Positions 18,836 through 27,791 of a DNA stretch of 50,143 bases are shown in pieces. This DNA is from an uncultured Acetobacteraceae bacterium (lineage in GTDB: Bacteria; Pseudomonadota; Alphaproteobacteria; Acetobacterales; Acetobacteraceae). A program made the translations under genes and the position numbers. Every line of letters begins with the position of its first letter. Positions within the stretch are counted from its first letter, which is position 1. Under the pieces are notes generated by a model that was not told the DNA's origin, did no database searches, and worked only from the letters and a program-made list of their open reading frames with translations. Location: the NCBI GenBank assembly GCA_964244305.1, contig CAXTJW010000001.1, positions 1-50,143 of the forward strand, written 5' to 3'.

Positions 18836-19819
18836 TCAGCGATCCAGGATCAGCTGCTCGCCCGGCATCGCGCGGGAGATGCAGATGTGGATGGTGTCCT
18901 GGGCGGCCTTCTGGTCGTCCTCCAGGATATCGTCGCGGTGGTCGGCCTTGCCGCCGAGCAGCACGGTCTCGCAGTTGCCGCACCAGCCTTCCCGGCACAC
19001 GTACGGCGTCTTGATTCCGGCGCCGAGCAGCACCTCCAGGATGGACTTGTCGGCCGGCACCTGCAGGGTCCGGCCGCTGCGGGCGAGCACGACCTCGAAC
19101 GGCTGGTCGCCGCCAACGTCCACAACAGCGGGCGCCTCGGGCGGGGAAGCGAACAGCTCCACGTGCACCGTACCAGCTGGCCAATGCGCGGTTGCAGCCT
19201 TCGCGGCCTCGATCAGGCCGCGCGGACCGCATACATAGGCATGCGCGCCCACCGGCCGGTCCCGCAGCGCGGCTGCCAGGTCGAGGCTGCGGCCGGCGTC
19301 GCCCTCGTCATGGTGCAGCAGCAGGCGCGGGCCGTGCGCGTCCAGCAGCTCCGCCCGATAGGCCGTGTCGGCGGCGGTGCGCGTACAATAGATCACGCGG
19401 AACGGGGTGCCGATGGCCTGCAAGCGGTGGATCATCGACCGGATCGGCGTGATGCCGACGCCGCCGGCCACCAGGACGTGCTCGGCCGCCTCCTCTCGCA
19501 AAGGAAAGGCGTTGCGCGGCCCGGCGATCTGCAGGGTGTCGCCAACCTGCACGCTGCCATGCAGCCAGCCGGATCCGCGGCCATCGGGCTCCCGCAATAC
19601 CGCGATCACGTAGCGGTCTATGTCCCGCGGGTCGTTGGCCAGAGAGTAGGACCGGATCACGCCCTCGCCGACGGCGACCTCGATATGCGCCCCGGCCTCG
19701 AACGGCGGCAGCGCGGCTCCATCGCCCACCAGTTCGAACTCGCGGATGCGGGGGGTTTGGTCCTGGATGGCAGCGACGCGCACGCCGAAATGCGGCAGCA
19801 TGGGATCGAAGTGTTGCAT
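18836..19819 (-). CDS. PDR/VanB-family oxygenase reductase (FMN, NAD(P)H, C-terminal [2Fe-2S])
   Basis: RSYSL, GRGS, AGGVGITP, YVCGP, CREGWCGNC...ICISRA. Confidence 0.94.
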   Translation of the reverse strand: MQHFDPMLPHFGVRVAAIQDQTPRIREFELVGDGAALPPFEAGAHIEVAVGEGVIRSYSLANDPRDIDRYVIAVLREPDGRGSGWLHGSVQVGDTLQIAGPRNAFPLREEAAEHVLVAGGVGITPIRSMIHRLQAIGTPFRVIYCTRTAADTAYRAELLDAHGPRLLLHHDEGDAGRSLDLAAALRDRPVGAHAYVCGPRGLIEAAKAATAHWPAGTVHVELFASPPEAPAVVDVGGDQPFEVVLARSGRTLQVPADKSILEVLLGAGIKTPYVCREGWCGNCETVLLGGKADHRDDILEDDQKAAQDTIHICISRAMPGEQLILDR

Positions 19820-19874
19820 CTGCGTCGCTTCCCTTCATCGTCCGGCTTGGTGCCGGCTCCTGCATAGGAGTATA

Positions 19875-19888
19875 ATGAGCATGTTCAT
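19875..19888. promoter_or_regulatory. Candidate TetR operator between divergent reductase and tetR
   Basis: Near-palindrome ATGAGCATGTTCAT beside overlapping TATAAT/TATACT hexamers. Confidence 0.5.
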
Positions 19889-19959
19889 GTTTGAGCGCAA
19901 TATGTTTTTCGACCCCGGCCGGGGTATGCCGGGTCGGGCCGGCGGCAGAAGGGGATGGG

Positions 19960-20622
19960 ATGCGTAAGATGGAGGCCGACAAGCAGACGGTGGGCCTGCG
20001 CGAGCGCGGCAAGCGCGACCGCCTGCACCGCCTGCACCAGGCTGCCGCGGAGGTGTTCCGCACCCGCGGCTACGACGCCGCCACCACGCGGGACATCGCC
20101 CAGTTGGCGGAGGTGTCGGTGGGAACCTTGTTCGTATATGCCAGGGACAAGCGGGACCTGCTGTTCCTGGTCATCAACGACGATCTTGACGCGGTGCTTG
20201 CGCGCGCGCTGGCCGCCGCCGCCCGGCCTGGGACGCCGCTTGACCAACTGGCGGAGCTGCTCGGACCCATTTACGTCTATTTCGCGCTGGAGCCGGAGCT
20301 GGCGCGCCCGGCGATGCGGGAGGTCGTGCACTATGACCGGCCGCGGGACGAGGGCGCCGGCGAGCAGGCACAGCGTTACATGCGGCGGATGGACGCATGG
20401 CAGGATGCGATAGCGACGGTGCTGGAGCAGGCCGGCAGCGCGGGACGGCTTCGGCTGGACGCTCCCGCAGCCCTGCTCGCGCGGGTCCTGTTCGACATCC
20501 ACCTCGTCGAGGTGCGGCGCTGGATGAATGCCGGCCTACCGGACCCGGCCGCGGGCCAAGCAATGTTGCGGCAGATGTTTGCCGTCGTCCTCGAGAGCCG
20601 GCTTGCAACCCAGCCCGGCTGA
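19960..20622 (+). CDS. TetR/AcrR-family regulator
   Basis: GLRERGK, RGYDAATTRDIAQLAEVSVGTLFVYARDK HTH. Confidence 0.92.
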   Translation: MRKMEADKQTVGLRERGKRDRLHRLHQAAAEVFRTRGYDAATTRDIAQLAEVSVGTLFVYARDKRDLLFLVINDDLDAVLARALAAAARPGTPLDQLAELLGPIYVYFALEPELARPAMREVVHYDRPRDEGAGEQAQRYMRRMDAWQDAIATVLEQAGSAGRLRLDAPAALLARVLFDIHLVEVRRWMNAGLPDPAAGQAMLRQMFAVVLESRLATQPG

Positions 20623-20717
20623 CGACGGCATCGGGCACCCCCCGAAAGCAGGGACAGACCAGGTGTTGCCCAGGGCTATCGCATTTGACCCGGCTTGCCT
20701 TCGGCCTAAAAAAACCT

Positions 20718-20804
20718 TCATTGCGAGCCGGCTTCGGCGCGGCAATCCAGTGCCGCATGGACCGAAATTGGTGTGTGCGGCTCTGGATTGCCGCGTCGCA
20801 ATGA
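20718..20804. repeat. REP/RPE-like palindromic element between convergent genes
   Basis: TCATTGCGA...CGCGGCAATCCAG pairs with CTGGATTGCCGCG-TCGCAATGA; pattern of alphaproteobacterial TCATTGCGA/GCAATCC repeats. Confidence 0.7.
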
Positions 20805-20884
20805 CAGAAGGAGGGGGGCAAGGGGCAAATACGATTGCCCTGAGGTGTTGCCCTCTCTCCTGTGAAGCTTCGCGCCAGTGCTTC

Positions 20885-22453
20885 CTATGCGTCCACGCCC
20901 ACGGCCAGGTCCATCGTTCGAACCGCCGCATCGCCATGTAGGGCCGCCTGCAGGCGTTCCAGCAACGCCGCAAGCGCCTCGCCGTCGCCGGCGGTCCCGT
21001 ATAGGTACCAGTCCGGGCGCACGACTGCGGCGATGCACGAATGGCTGGCGAACCACGCCGTATAGACCCCATCGATGTCCATGAGCGGGGATGGCTTCTC
21101 CGGTGTGCCGAAGATCGCGATTTTGCCGCCGATCGCCGCCCAGGCATCCCGATCGGTGTCCGCAACGCGGTCCAGCACCCCGGCACCGGACGCGACGATG
21201 CACCAGCCGGCGCCGACAACGTCGTCGAAGCGGCCCGTCCGCGCGCCGAGGCGCACCTGCCCCTGCGGAAAGAACGCGCCGCTATCGGCGACCATGCGTC
21301 CCGTCAGGCCCGGCAGCCGCAGCTTATCCGGCTTCTGGTGCGCGCTGCGCTGCGCGATGAGCCGCCTGTCCCGTTCGCGCGCCGCCGCCGGGTCGCGCAG
21401 GGTCTGTACCCGTCCCAGCTCGATGGCCTTCTCGGTGATGAACCGGACGTGCGGCTCGCGTTCCGGCTGGTAGGTGTCCAGCAGCGCCGCGTCGGCCCGC
21501 CCGGTCAGCACGAGATCGAGCTTCCACGCCAAGTTGTGGCTGTCGCGGATGCCCGAGCACATGCCCTGGCCCAGGAACGGCGGCATCTCGTGCGCGGCGT
21601 CGCCGGCCAGCAGCACGCGCCCATGCCGCCACTGCTCGGCGATGCGCGAACGGAACATGTAGTTGACCACGCGGATCAGCTCCGCATCGTCTGCGGTCAG
21701 GTATGGACCAACGCGCGCCCAAACCCGGGCCGGTTCCGTCGCCTGCTCGACGGTTTCGCCGGGGTTCAGCATGAACGAGAAGCGGTGATGGTCGGGGCCG
21801 ATACGGACGATGGATGTCGGCTGCGCCGGGTCGCACACCTGCCGGAACATCGGCAGCCCCGGCACGGCGCGGAGCATCCGGAAGTCGCAGACCAGCCAGT
21901 TCTCCTGGAACCCGTAGTCTTCGACGGACGGGCAGAACGTCCGGCGCGTGAAGCCGCCGCCGCCGTCCGCCCCGACCGCGTAGCGTGCCCGCACGGTCGC
22001 CGGCTCGCCGTCGGGTCCGGTGCCTTGGATCGTAACCACGCTTTGATCCTGGCTGATCCGGGAGACCGTGAAGCCTTGCCGGACTTCGACGGCCGGCAGC
22101 GCCTTGATATGCTGGTCGAGCACCGCTTCCACATGCGGCTGGAACATCATGTACAGCGCTGCCCAGCCGCCGGGTCCGGGGTCCGCATACTCAAGCTCGA
22201 CGAGGGTCTCGCCGTCGGCATTGATCCAGTCGTAGTCGCGCTGGACCACGGCCCCGAGGCCGACCTCCCCGGCGAGGCCGAGCTTCTGGAACGTCCGCAT
22301 GATCTCGTCGTCGAAGCATGCGGCACGCGGGAGGTTATAAAGGCCGGTGTAACGTTCCAGCACCACGACACTGTGGCCTTGCTGGCCCAGCAGCGCCGCG
22401 AGGGCCATGCCGGTCGGTCCATAGCCGATCACCGCCACATCGAAATCGATCAT
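20885..22453 (-). CDS. MhpA/TsdB-like FAD-dependent phenol hydroxylase (candidate resorcinol 4-hydroxylase)
   Basis: RBS AGGAGG; GYGPTG, GADG, GDAAHEMPPFLGQGMCSGIRD, C-terminal VVRPD. Confidence 0.88.
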   Translation of the reverse strand: MIDFDVAVIGYGPTGMALAALLGQQGHSVVVLERYTGLYNLPRAACFDDEIMRTFQKLGLAGEVGLGAVVQRDYDWINADGETLVELEYADPGPGGWAALYMMFQPHVEAVLDQHIKALPAVEVRQGFTVSRISQDQSVVTIQGTGPDGEPATVRARYAVGADGGGGFTRRTFCPSVEDYGFQENWLVCDFRMLRAVPGLPMFRQVCDPAQPTSIVRIGPDHHRFSFMLNPGETVEQATEPARVWARVGPYLTADDAELIRVVNYMFRSRIAEQWRHGRVLLAGDAAHEMPPFLGQGMCSGIRDSHNLAWKLDLVLTGRADAALLDTYQPEREPHVRFITEKAIELGRVQTLRDPAAARERDRRLIAQRSAHQKPDKLRLPGLTGRMVADSGAFFPQGQVRLGARTGRFDDVVGAGWCIVASGAGVLDRVADTDRDAWAAIGGKIAIFGTPEKPSPLMDIDGVYTAWFASHSCIAAVVRPDWYLYGTAGDGEALAALLERLQAALHGDAAVRTMDLAVGVDA

Positions 22454-22487
22454 CGCTGCCTCCTGTCGCAAGCCGGGCGTTCTGCCC

Positions 22488-23495
22488 TTAACCGGATCGA
22501 CCATGCCCCGTCTCGACGGCCTGGGCGAGTGCAAGTGATGCAGCGTCGGAATGCATCGCGTGCATCTGGCCCGCCTGCCTGGCCGTCCGGTGCATTGCCG
22601 CCTGGCCGATCTCCACGAGGACGCGCCGCAGCCAGACATGGCCGGCGCTCTCGTGCAGGCGGCGGTTCCAGACCAGGCGGAACGCGATGGCCGGCAGCTT
22701 GAGCGGCGGCTCGGCGATCACCAGCGGCGCGATGTCCGCGAACATGCGCGCCGCCCCTTCCGACACGACGGCGATCATGTCGGAGCGGAGCAGCGCCGCC
22801 ACCCCCGCCAGGCCATTTGGCAGCCGGAACGCGATCCGCCGCGCCAGTCCCGCCGCGGCAAGGGCCTGGTCCGCAACGTCTTCCGCCTCGTCGTTCATCG
22901 AGACCAGCAAATGCGGGGTGTCGAGGAATCCCGCCAGCGTCATCGCCCCACCGGCCAGCGGGTGGCCGGCCCGCATGAGGCAGACGTGCCGGTCGGCCAG
23001 CAAGTGGCAGGTGACGAAGCGCCCGGGCAGGCTGCGGACGCTGCCGATGGCGATGTCCGCGCGGCCCTTGTCGATGTCGTCGACGATCCCCGCCGCGGGG
23101 CCGGACCGCACGGTCACGTCGATGCCCGGCGCCTCCCGCCGGATGCGGTCGACCATGTCGGCGACGATCACGATCGTGCCATAGGTTTCCACGACGATGG
23201 TAAAGGCCCGCCGGGCCGTCGCGGGATCGAAGCGGTCGGGCGCGAGCGTCGCTTGTATCTCCTCCAGCGCGAGGCGGATCGGGCCGGCCAGGGCCAGCGC
23301 GCGGGGCGTAGGCTCCATTCCTGTGGCGGTGCGGACCAGCAGCTCATCGCCCAGCAGTCCGCGCAGCCGGGCCAGGGCGTGGCTGGTCGCGGATTGGCTG
23401 AGGCCGATCCGCGCCCCGGCCCGGCGCACTGAACGCTCCTCCGTCAGGGCGTTCAGCACGACAAGCAGGTTGAGGTCGATGCCGCGCAGGTTCAT
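22488..23495 (-). CDS. LysR-family regulator (NodD/DntR-like) with C-terminal extension
   Basis: MNLRGIDLNLL, SQSATSHALARLR, FDPATARR. Confidence 0.92.
   Translation of the reverse strand: MNLRGIDLNLLVVLNALTEERSVRRAGARIGLSQSATSHALARLRGLLGDELLVRTATGMEPTPRALALAGPIRLALEEIQATLAPDRFDPATARRAFTIVVETYGTIVIVADMVDRIRREAPGIDVTVRSGPAAGIVDDIDKGRADIAIGSVRSLPGRFVTCHLLADRHVCLMRAGHPLAGGAMTLAGFLDTPHLLVSMNDEAEDVADQALAAAGLARRIAFRLPNGLAGVAALLRSDMIAVVSEGAARMFADIAPLVIAEPPLKLPAIAFRLVWNRRLHESAGHVWLRRVLVEIGQAAMHRTARQAGQMHAMHSDAASLALAQAVETGHGRSG
22551..22565. promoter_or_regulatory. LysR-type T-N11-A box upstream of the hydroxylase, inside the lysR 3' end
   Basis: ATGCA-TCGCG-TGCAT dyad; TTGCAC follows on the minus strand. 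Confidence 0.55.
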
Positions 23496-23622
23496 CGGAC
23501 TACGCAGCCTGGGGCGCACCCATCGCCGCGGTGTGGCGATTTGCAATGGCGAGCCGAGGGCCGCCGTGGAACCGCGCGCTGGCCTTGCTTTCCAAAAAGC
23601 CGTCCTCCCTTATGCCGTCCTG

Positions 23623-24120
23623 TCAGCCTTTCGGCAGGTTGCCTCCCAGCTTGACCTCTGCCGCCTGCACCGGCTGGTCCAGCTCGCGCTCTAGGTGCAC
23701 GAGGTTGGCGTCCACGCGTCGGAGTATGCTTTTCAGCAGCGCGGCTTCGTTTTTCGAAAGGTCGCCGGTAGCAACCTTCTCGTAATGCGCGCCTCGCGGG
23801 ATCAGCCGGGCCGCCAGCGCGATGCCCCGGGGCGCCAGGTCCACCGCCAGGCTGCGCTGGTTCGTCTCCGGGCGGTCCCGCGTCACCAGCCCCATCCGCT
23901 GCATCTGCCCAAGCAGGCGCGACAAGGTGGACGTCTCGACCGATGTGAGGGCGGCGAGCTCGCCCAGCCGCTGCGGCGTGCCTTGCTCCGCAAGTGCTGC
24001 CAGCACGCGATACATCGGCAGGGTAAGCCCGTCGCGGGCCAGCTCGCGGCTGAACAGCTCCCCCATGCGGACGCCGAGCTTGGCCAGCAGGTAGGGCAGC
24101 GAGGTCGAGAACTTATACAC
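23623..24120 (-). CDS. MarR-family regulator
   Basis: SLPYLL, LTLPMYRVL, ETSTLSRLL, NQR wing. Confidence 0.9.
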   Translation of the reverse strand: MYKFSTSLPYLLAKLGVRMGELFSRELARDGLTLPMYRVLAALAEQGTPQRLGELAALTSVETSTLSRLLGQMQRMGLVTRDRPETNQRSLAVDLAPRGIALAARLIPRGAHYEKVATGDLSKNEAALLKSILRRVDANLVHLERELDQPVQAAEVKLGGNLPKG

Positions 24121-24161
24121 CGGCAGTCCTTCATTCGCAGCGCCGTATTTTGCAGCGCCGT

Positions 24162-24179
24162 ACTTTGCACATGCAAAGT
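24162..24179. promoter_or_regulatory. Candidate MarR operator
   Basis: ACTTTGCA-CA-TGCAAAGT inverted repeat between marR and the decarboxylase operon; TTGACA at 24185. Confidence 0.7.
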
Positions 24180-24252
24180 TTGTGTTGACAAGAACGTGCC
24201 GTGGCCGCTCTCTTTGGCGGGAACGTTAGCGGCTGCGGCGGAGGAAACAAAT

Positions 24253-25260
24253 ATGCAGGGCAAGGTAATCGTCGAGGAGCATTTCGCGCTCCCCGAGACG
24301 GTGCAGGACAGCGCGGGCTTCGTGCCCGAGACGGACTGGATCGAGCTGAAGGCCCGGCTGCTCGACATGCAGGACCGCCGCCTGCGCGAGATGGACCAGA
24401 ATGGCATCGAGATGATGCTGCCCTCGCTAAACGCGCCCGCGGTGCAGGCCATCCCCGACCGCAAGCTGGCCATCGAGATCGCGCGCCGGGCGAACGACTT
24501 CCTGGCCGGCGAGGTGCAGCGCCGCCCCGACCGGTTCCAGGGCCTGGCCGCCCTGCCGATGCAGGACCCGGACGCAGCAACGCGCGAACTGACCCGCTGC
24601 GTGCAGGATCTCGGCTTCCGCGGGGCGCTGGTCAACGGCTTCAGTCAGGTGGACGATCCCGCCAACGCCACCTACTACGACCTGCCGCAGTATCGCCCGT
24701 TCTGGGCCGAGGCGGAGCGCCTGGGCGTGCCGTTCTACCTGCACCCCCGCAACCCGCTGCCGCAGCACGCCCAGATCTACGACGGCCATCCCTGGCTGCT
24801 CGGCCCCACTTGGGCGTTCGGGCAGGAGACGGCGGTCCATGCGCTGCGGCTCATGGCCTCCGGGCTGTTCGACGCGCACCCGCGGCTGCGGATCATCCTG
24901 GGGCACCTGGGCGAGGGCATCCCCTATTCCCTATGGCGCATCGACAACCGCAACGCCTGGGTCACGGCGCCGAAGGGCTATCCGGCGAAGCGTCCGCTTG
25001 GCGAATACTTCCGCGAGAACTTCTACCTCACGACCTCGGGCAACTTCCGCTCGCAGACCTTGATCGACGCGATGCTGGAGATTGGCGCCGACCGTATCAT
25101 GTTCTCGGCCGACTGGCCGTTCGAGAACATCGACCATGCCGCCCGCTGGTTCGACGCCTGCACGATTTCCGAAGCGGACCGGCGCAAGATCGGCCGCACC
25201 AATGCATGGGACTTGTTCGGCCTGGGCCAGGCCCAGCGGCAGGCCCTGGCCGCGGAGTAA
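24253..25260 (+). CDS. graF: Gamma-resorcylate (2,6-dihydroxybenzoate) decarboxylase, amidohydrolase fold
   Basis: MQGKVxxEEHF, SLNAPAVQ, FYLHPRNP, LLGPTWAF, LGHLGE, ADWPFE closely match the Rhizobium enzyme (from memory). Confidence 0.93.
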   Translation: MQGKVIVEEHFALPETVQDSAGFVPETDWIELKARLLDMQDRRLREMDQNGIEMMLPSLNAPAVQAIPDRKLAIEIARRANDFLAGEVQRRPDRFQGLAALPMQDPDAATRELTRCVQDLGFRGALVNGFSQVDDPANATYYDLPQYRPFWAEAERLGVPFYLHPRNPLPQHAQIYDGHPWLLGPTWAFGQETAVHALRLMASGLFDAHPRLRIILGHLGEGIPYSLWRIDNRNAWVTAPKGYPAKRPLGEYFRENFYLTTSGNFRSQTLIDAMLEIGADRIMFSADWPFENIDHAARWFDACTISEADRRKIGRTNAWDLFGLGQAQRQALAAE

Positions 25261-25365
25261 TCGGCTGCACCGAGGCCGACTCGCGATGATGGGCGCGGGT
25301 TGGCTCGCAGCGACTAGTCTTGGGATGCCGCAAGAAACTTAAAAATAACGCCTGGGGAGGCGCCG

Positions 25366-26727
25366 ATGCCGACGGAGCTGGATGTCCATGAGGAGCTGGC
25401 CGAGGCGCGGGTCGGCCCGGTCCACCGCACGCTCGGCGTGCTGGTCGCGCTGATGACGCTGTTCGACGGCTACGACACCTTCAACCCGGCCTATGTCATC
25501 CACTACGTCGCCAAGCCCTGGGGCCTGTCGGCGGGGCAAGCTGGCTTCCTGGTCAGCAGCGGGCTGATCGGGTTCCTGATCGGCGCGGCCGGGCAGGGGA
25601 TGGTGTCGGACCGGCTGGGGCGGCGCGGCACGCTGCTGGCGGGCTTGTGGATCGTCAACGTGTTCACCGTGCTGACGCCGGTGCTGGGCACGGGCTTCAC
25701 CCAGTTCTGCCTGCTGCGCATATTGACGGGCATCGGGCTCGGCACGCTGCTGCCGTTGGCCGCGACCTACATCAACGAGCTGGCGCCGCGCCGGGTCAGC
25801 AATGCGTTTTCGCTGTGGGGCGTGGCGCTGGGCTGGTCGGTGGGTGGCACGCTGGCCGGGCTGGTCGGCGTGTTCCTGACGCCGCTCTACGGCTGGCAGG
25901 TGCTCTACTGGGTCGGCGCGCTGTCCCTGCCGCTGACGCTGCTGATGCACATGGCGCTCCCGGAAAGCCCGAAGTTCCTGGCCCTCGCCGGACGGCACGA
26001 CGACCTGCGCCGCCTGCTGGCCCGGCTGCGGCCGGAGCGGGCCGCAGCCTATGCCGAAGCGGGCCTGCGCGCCCGGCCGGAGCCGCGGGTCGGCAACCCC
26101 CTCGCCGCCCTGCTTATGCCGCGCTACCGCCGCACGTCGCTGACCATCTGGACTACATCGTTCCTCAGCCTGTTCTGCATCTTCGGCCTGACGGGCTGGA
26201 TACCGACGGTGATGATGAACCGCGGCGAGACCTTCGCGGCGTCGTTCGGCTTCGGCGCGCTGATGCAGGTCATGTCGTTCGTCGGCGGGCTGGTGCTGGC
26301 CATGCTCGCGGACCGGCGCCCGGCGGCGTCCACCCGGCTGCTGTCGGCGTGGTGGGGCCTGGGTGGGCTGTCGGTGATCGCGCTGATCTTCCTGGGCGGG
26401 CACGGCGTCAACTTTGCTTGCGTTGCGGCGGCCGGGTTCCTCATCATCGGGGCGCAGCACGTCCTGAACAACTTCACGGCCGCCAGCTACGACACCGGCA
26501 TCCGGGCGTCCGGCGTCGGGATGGAGCTCGGGGTCGGCCGGGTCGGCGCAATCCTGGGGCCGGTCGTCGCCGGGCTGCTGCAAGGCGCGACGGGCGGGCC
26601 GGAAGCGATGTTCTGGACCATCGGCGGCGCCGGGCTGCTGGCGGCGGCCTGCGTCGCCTCGCTCGGCCCCACCCAGCCGTTGGAAGCGCCTCCCGTGGCG
26701 ATCCTGGGCGGCGGGGCGGTTGGGTGA
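25366..26727 (+). CDS. MFS aromatic acid:H+ symporter (AAHS family)
   Basis: FDGYD, SDRLGRR, ELAPRR, LPESP, GRVGAILGP. Confidence 0.9.
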   Translation: MPTELDVHEELAEARVGPVHRTLGVLVALMTLFDGYDTFNPAYVIHYVAKPWGLSAGQAGFLVSSGLIGFLIGAAGQGMVSDRLGRRGTLLAGLWIVNVFTVLTPVLGTGFTQFCLLRILTGIGLGTLLPLAATYINELAPRRVSNAFSLWGVALGWSVGGTLAGLVGVFLTPLYGWQVLYWVGALSLPLTLLMHMALPESPKFLALAGRHDDLRRLLARLRPERAAAYAEAGLRARPEPRVGNPLAALLMPRYRRTSLTIWTTSFLSLFCIFGLTGWIPTVMMNRGETFAASFGFGALMQVMSFVGGLVLAMLADRRPAASTRLLSAWWGLGGLSVIALIFLGGHGVNFACVAAAGFLIIGAQHVLNNFTAASYDTGIRASGVGMELGVGRVGAILGPVVAGLLQGATGGPEAMFWTIGGAGLLAAACVASLGPTQPLEAPPVAILGGGAVG

Positions 26728-27779
26728 TGCGGCCATTCACCTACGAGGCGCCGGCACAGCGTGTCGTTTTCGGCCGCGGCACGCTGGCGCTGGTCGGCGA
26801 CGAGGTCCGGCGGCTGGGGCATCGCCGTGCGTTGGTGCTGTCCACCCCGCAACAGGAAACGGACGCTCGGCAGCTCGGATCGGCCCTGGGCAGCCTGGCA
26901 TTCGGTGTGTTCGCCGGGGCGGTGATGCACACGCCGGTCGACGTGACGGAGCAGGCGATGCATCACGCAGCCGGCGCGGACTGCATCGTGTCGCTCGGAG
27001 GCGGCAGCACGACCGGGTTGGGCAAGGCGATCGCGTTGCGCACCGGGCTGGACCAGGTCGTCGTGCCGACAACCTACGCCGGGTCGGAGGCGACCCCCAT
27101 CCTAGGCGAGTCCGACAAAGGCAGAAAAACCACGCAGCGCAACCGGGCCGTGCTGCCGGAGGTCGTCGTCTATGACATCGACCTCACGCTGACCCTGCCG
27201 GTCGCCTTGTCGGCCGCATCCGGCCTGAACGCGATCGCGCACGCGATGGAGGCGCTGTATGCGCCGGACGCCAACCCGGTCACGTCCGGCCTCGCCGCGC
27301 AGGGCATCGCGGCGCTGGCCCGCGCGCTGCCGGCCATCATGGCCGACGCCTCCGACGTCGAGGCTCGCGGCGATGCGTTGTTCGGGGCATGGGCGTGCGG
27401 GACGTGCCTGGGCACCGTCGGTATGGGGCTGCACCACAAGCTGTGCCACGTGCTGGGCGGCACGTTCGACCTGCCACACGCAGAGACGCACGCGCTCGTG
27501 CTGCCCTACTCCGCCGCCTACAATGCCGACGCCGCGCCAGACGCGATGCGGCAGATGGCAGCGGCGCTCGGCGTCCCGGACGCGGCGACGGGGCTGTTCG
27601 AGCTCGCCCGGCGGCTGCGGCTTCCGACAGGGTTGCACGCGTTGGGCATGCCGGCCGAAGGTATCGACCAGGCGGCCAACCTTGCCGTTGCCGCACCGTA
27701 CCCCAATCCGGCGCCTATCGACCGCATTGCCATCCGGGCACTGCTGCAGGCAGCCTTCGACGGCACCGCACCTCGGTAA
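26727..27779 (+). CDS. Maleylacetate reductase (GraC/TsdD-like)
   Basis: RVVFG, AVMHTP, GGGSTTGLGK, PTTYAGSE, NAIAHA, LHHKLCHVLGG, HAETH. Confidence 0.94.
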   Translation: MRPFTYEAPAQRVVFGRGTLALVGDEVRRLGHRRALVLSTPQQETDARQLGSALGSLAFGVFAGAVMHTPVDVTEQAMHHAAGADCIVSLGGGSTTGLGKAIALRTGLDQVVVPTTYAGSEATPILGESDKGRKTTQRNRAVLPEVVVYDIDLTLTLPVALSAASGLNAIAHAMEALYAPDANPVTSGLAAQGIAALARALPAIMADASDVEARGDALFGAWACGTCLGTVGMGLHHKLCHVLGGTFDLPHAETHALVLPYSAAYNADAAPDAMRQMAAALGVPDAATGLFELARRLRLPTGLHALGMPAEGIDQAANLAVAAPYPNPAPIDRIAIRALLQAAFDGTAPR

Positions 27780-27791
27780 AGGAAGCCCTTC

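Noticed and set aside
20633-20660. GGGCACCCCCCGAAAGCAGGGACAG, reminiscent of an IS3-family end
   Set aside because: No partner repeat or transposase remnant found; too short to support.
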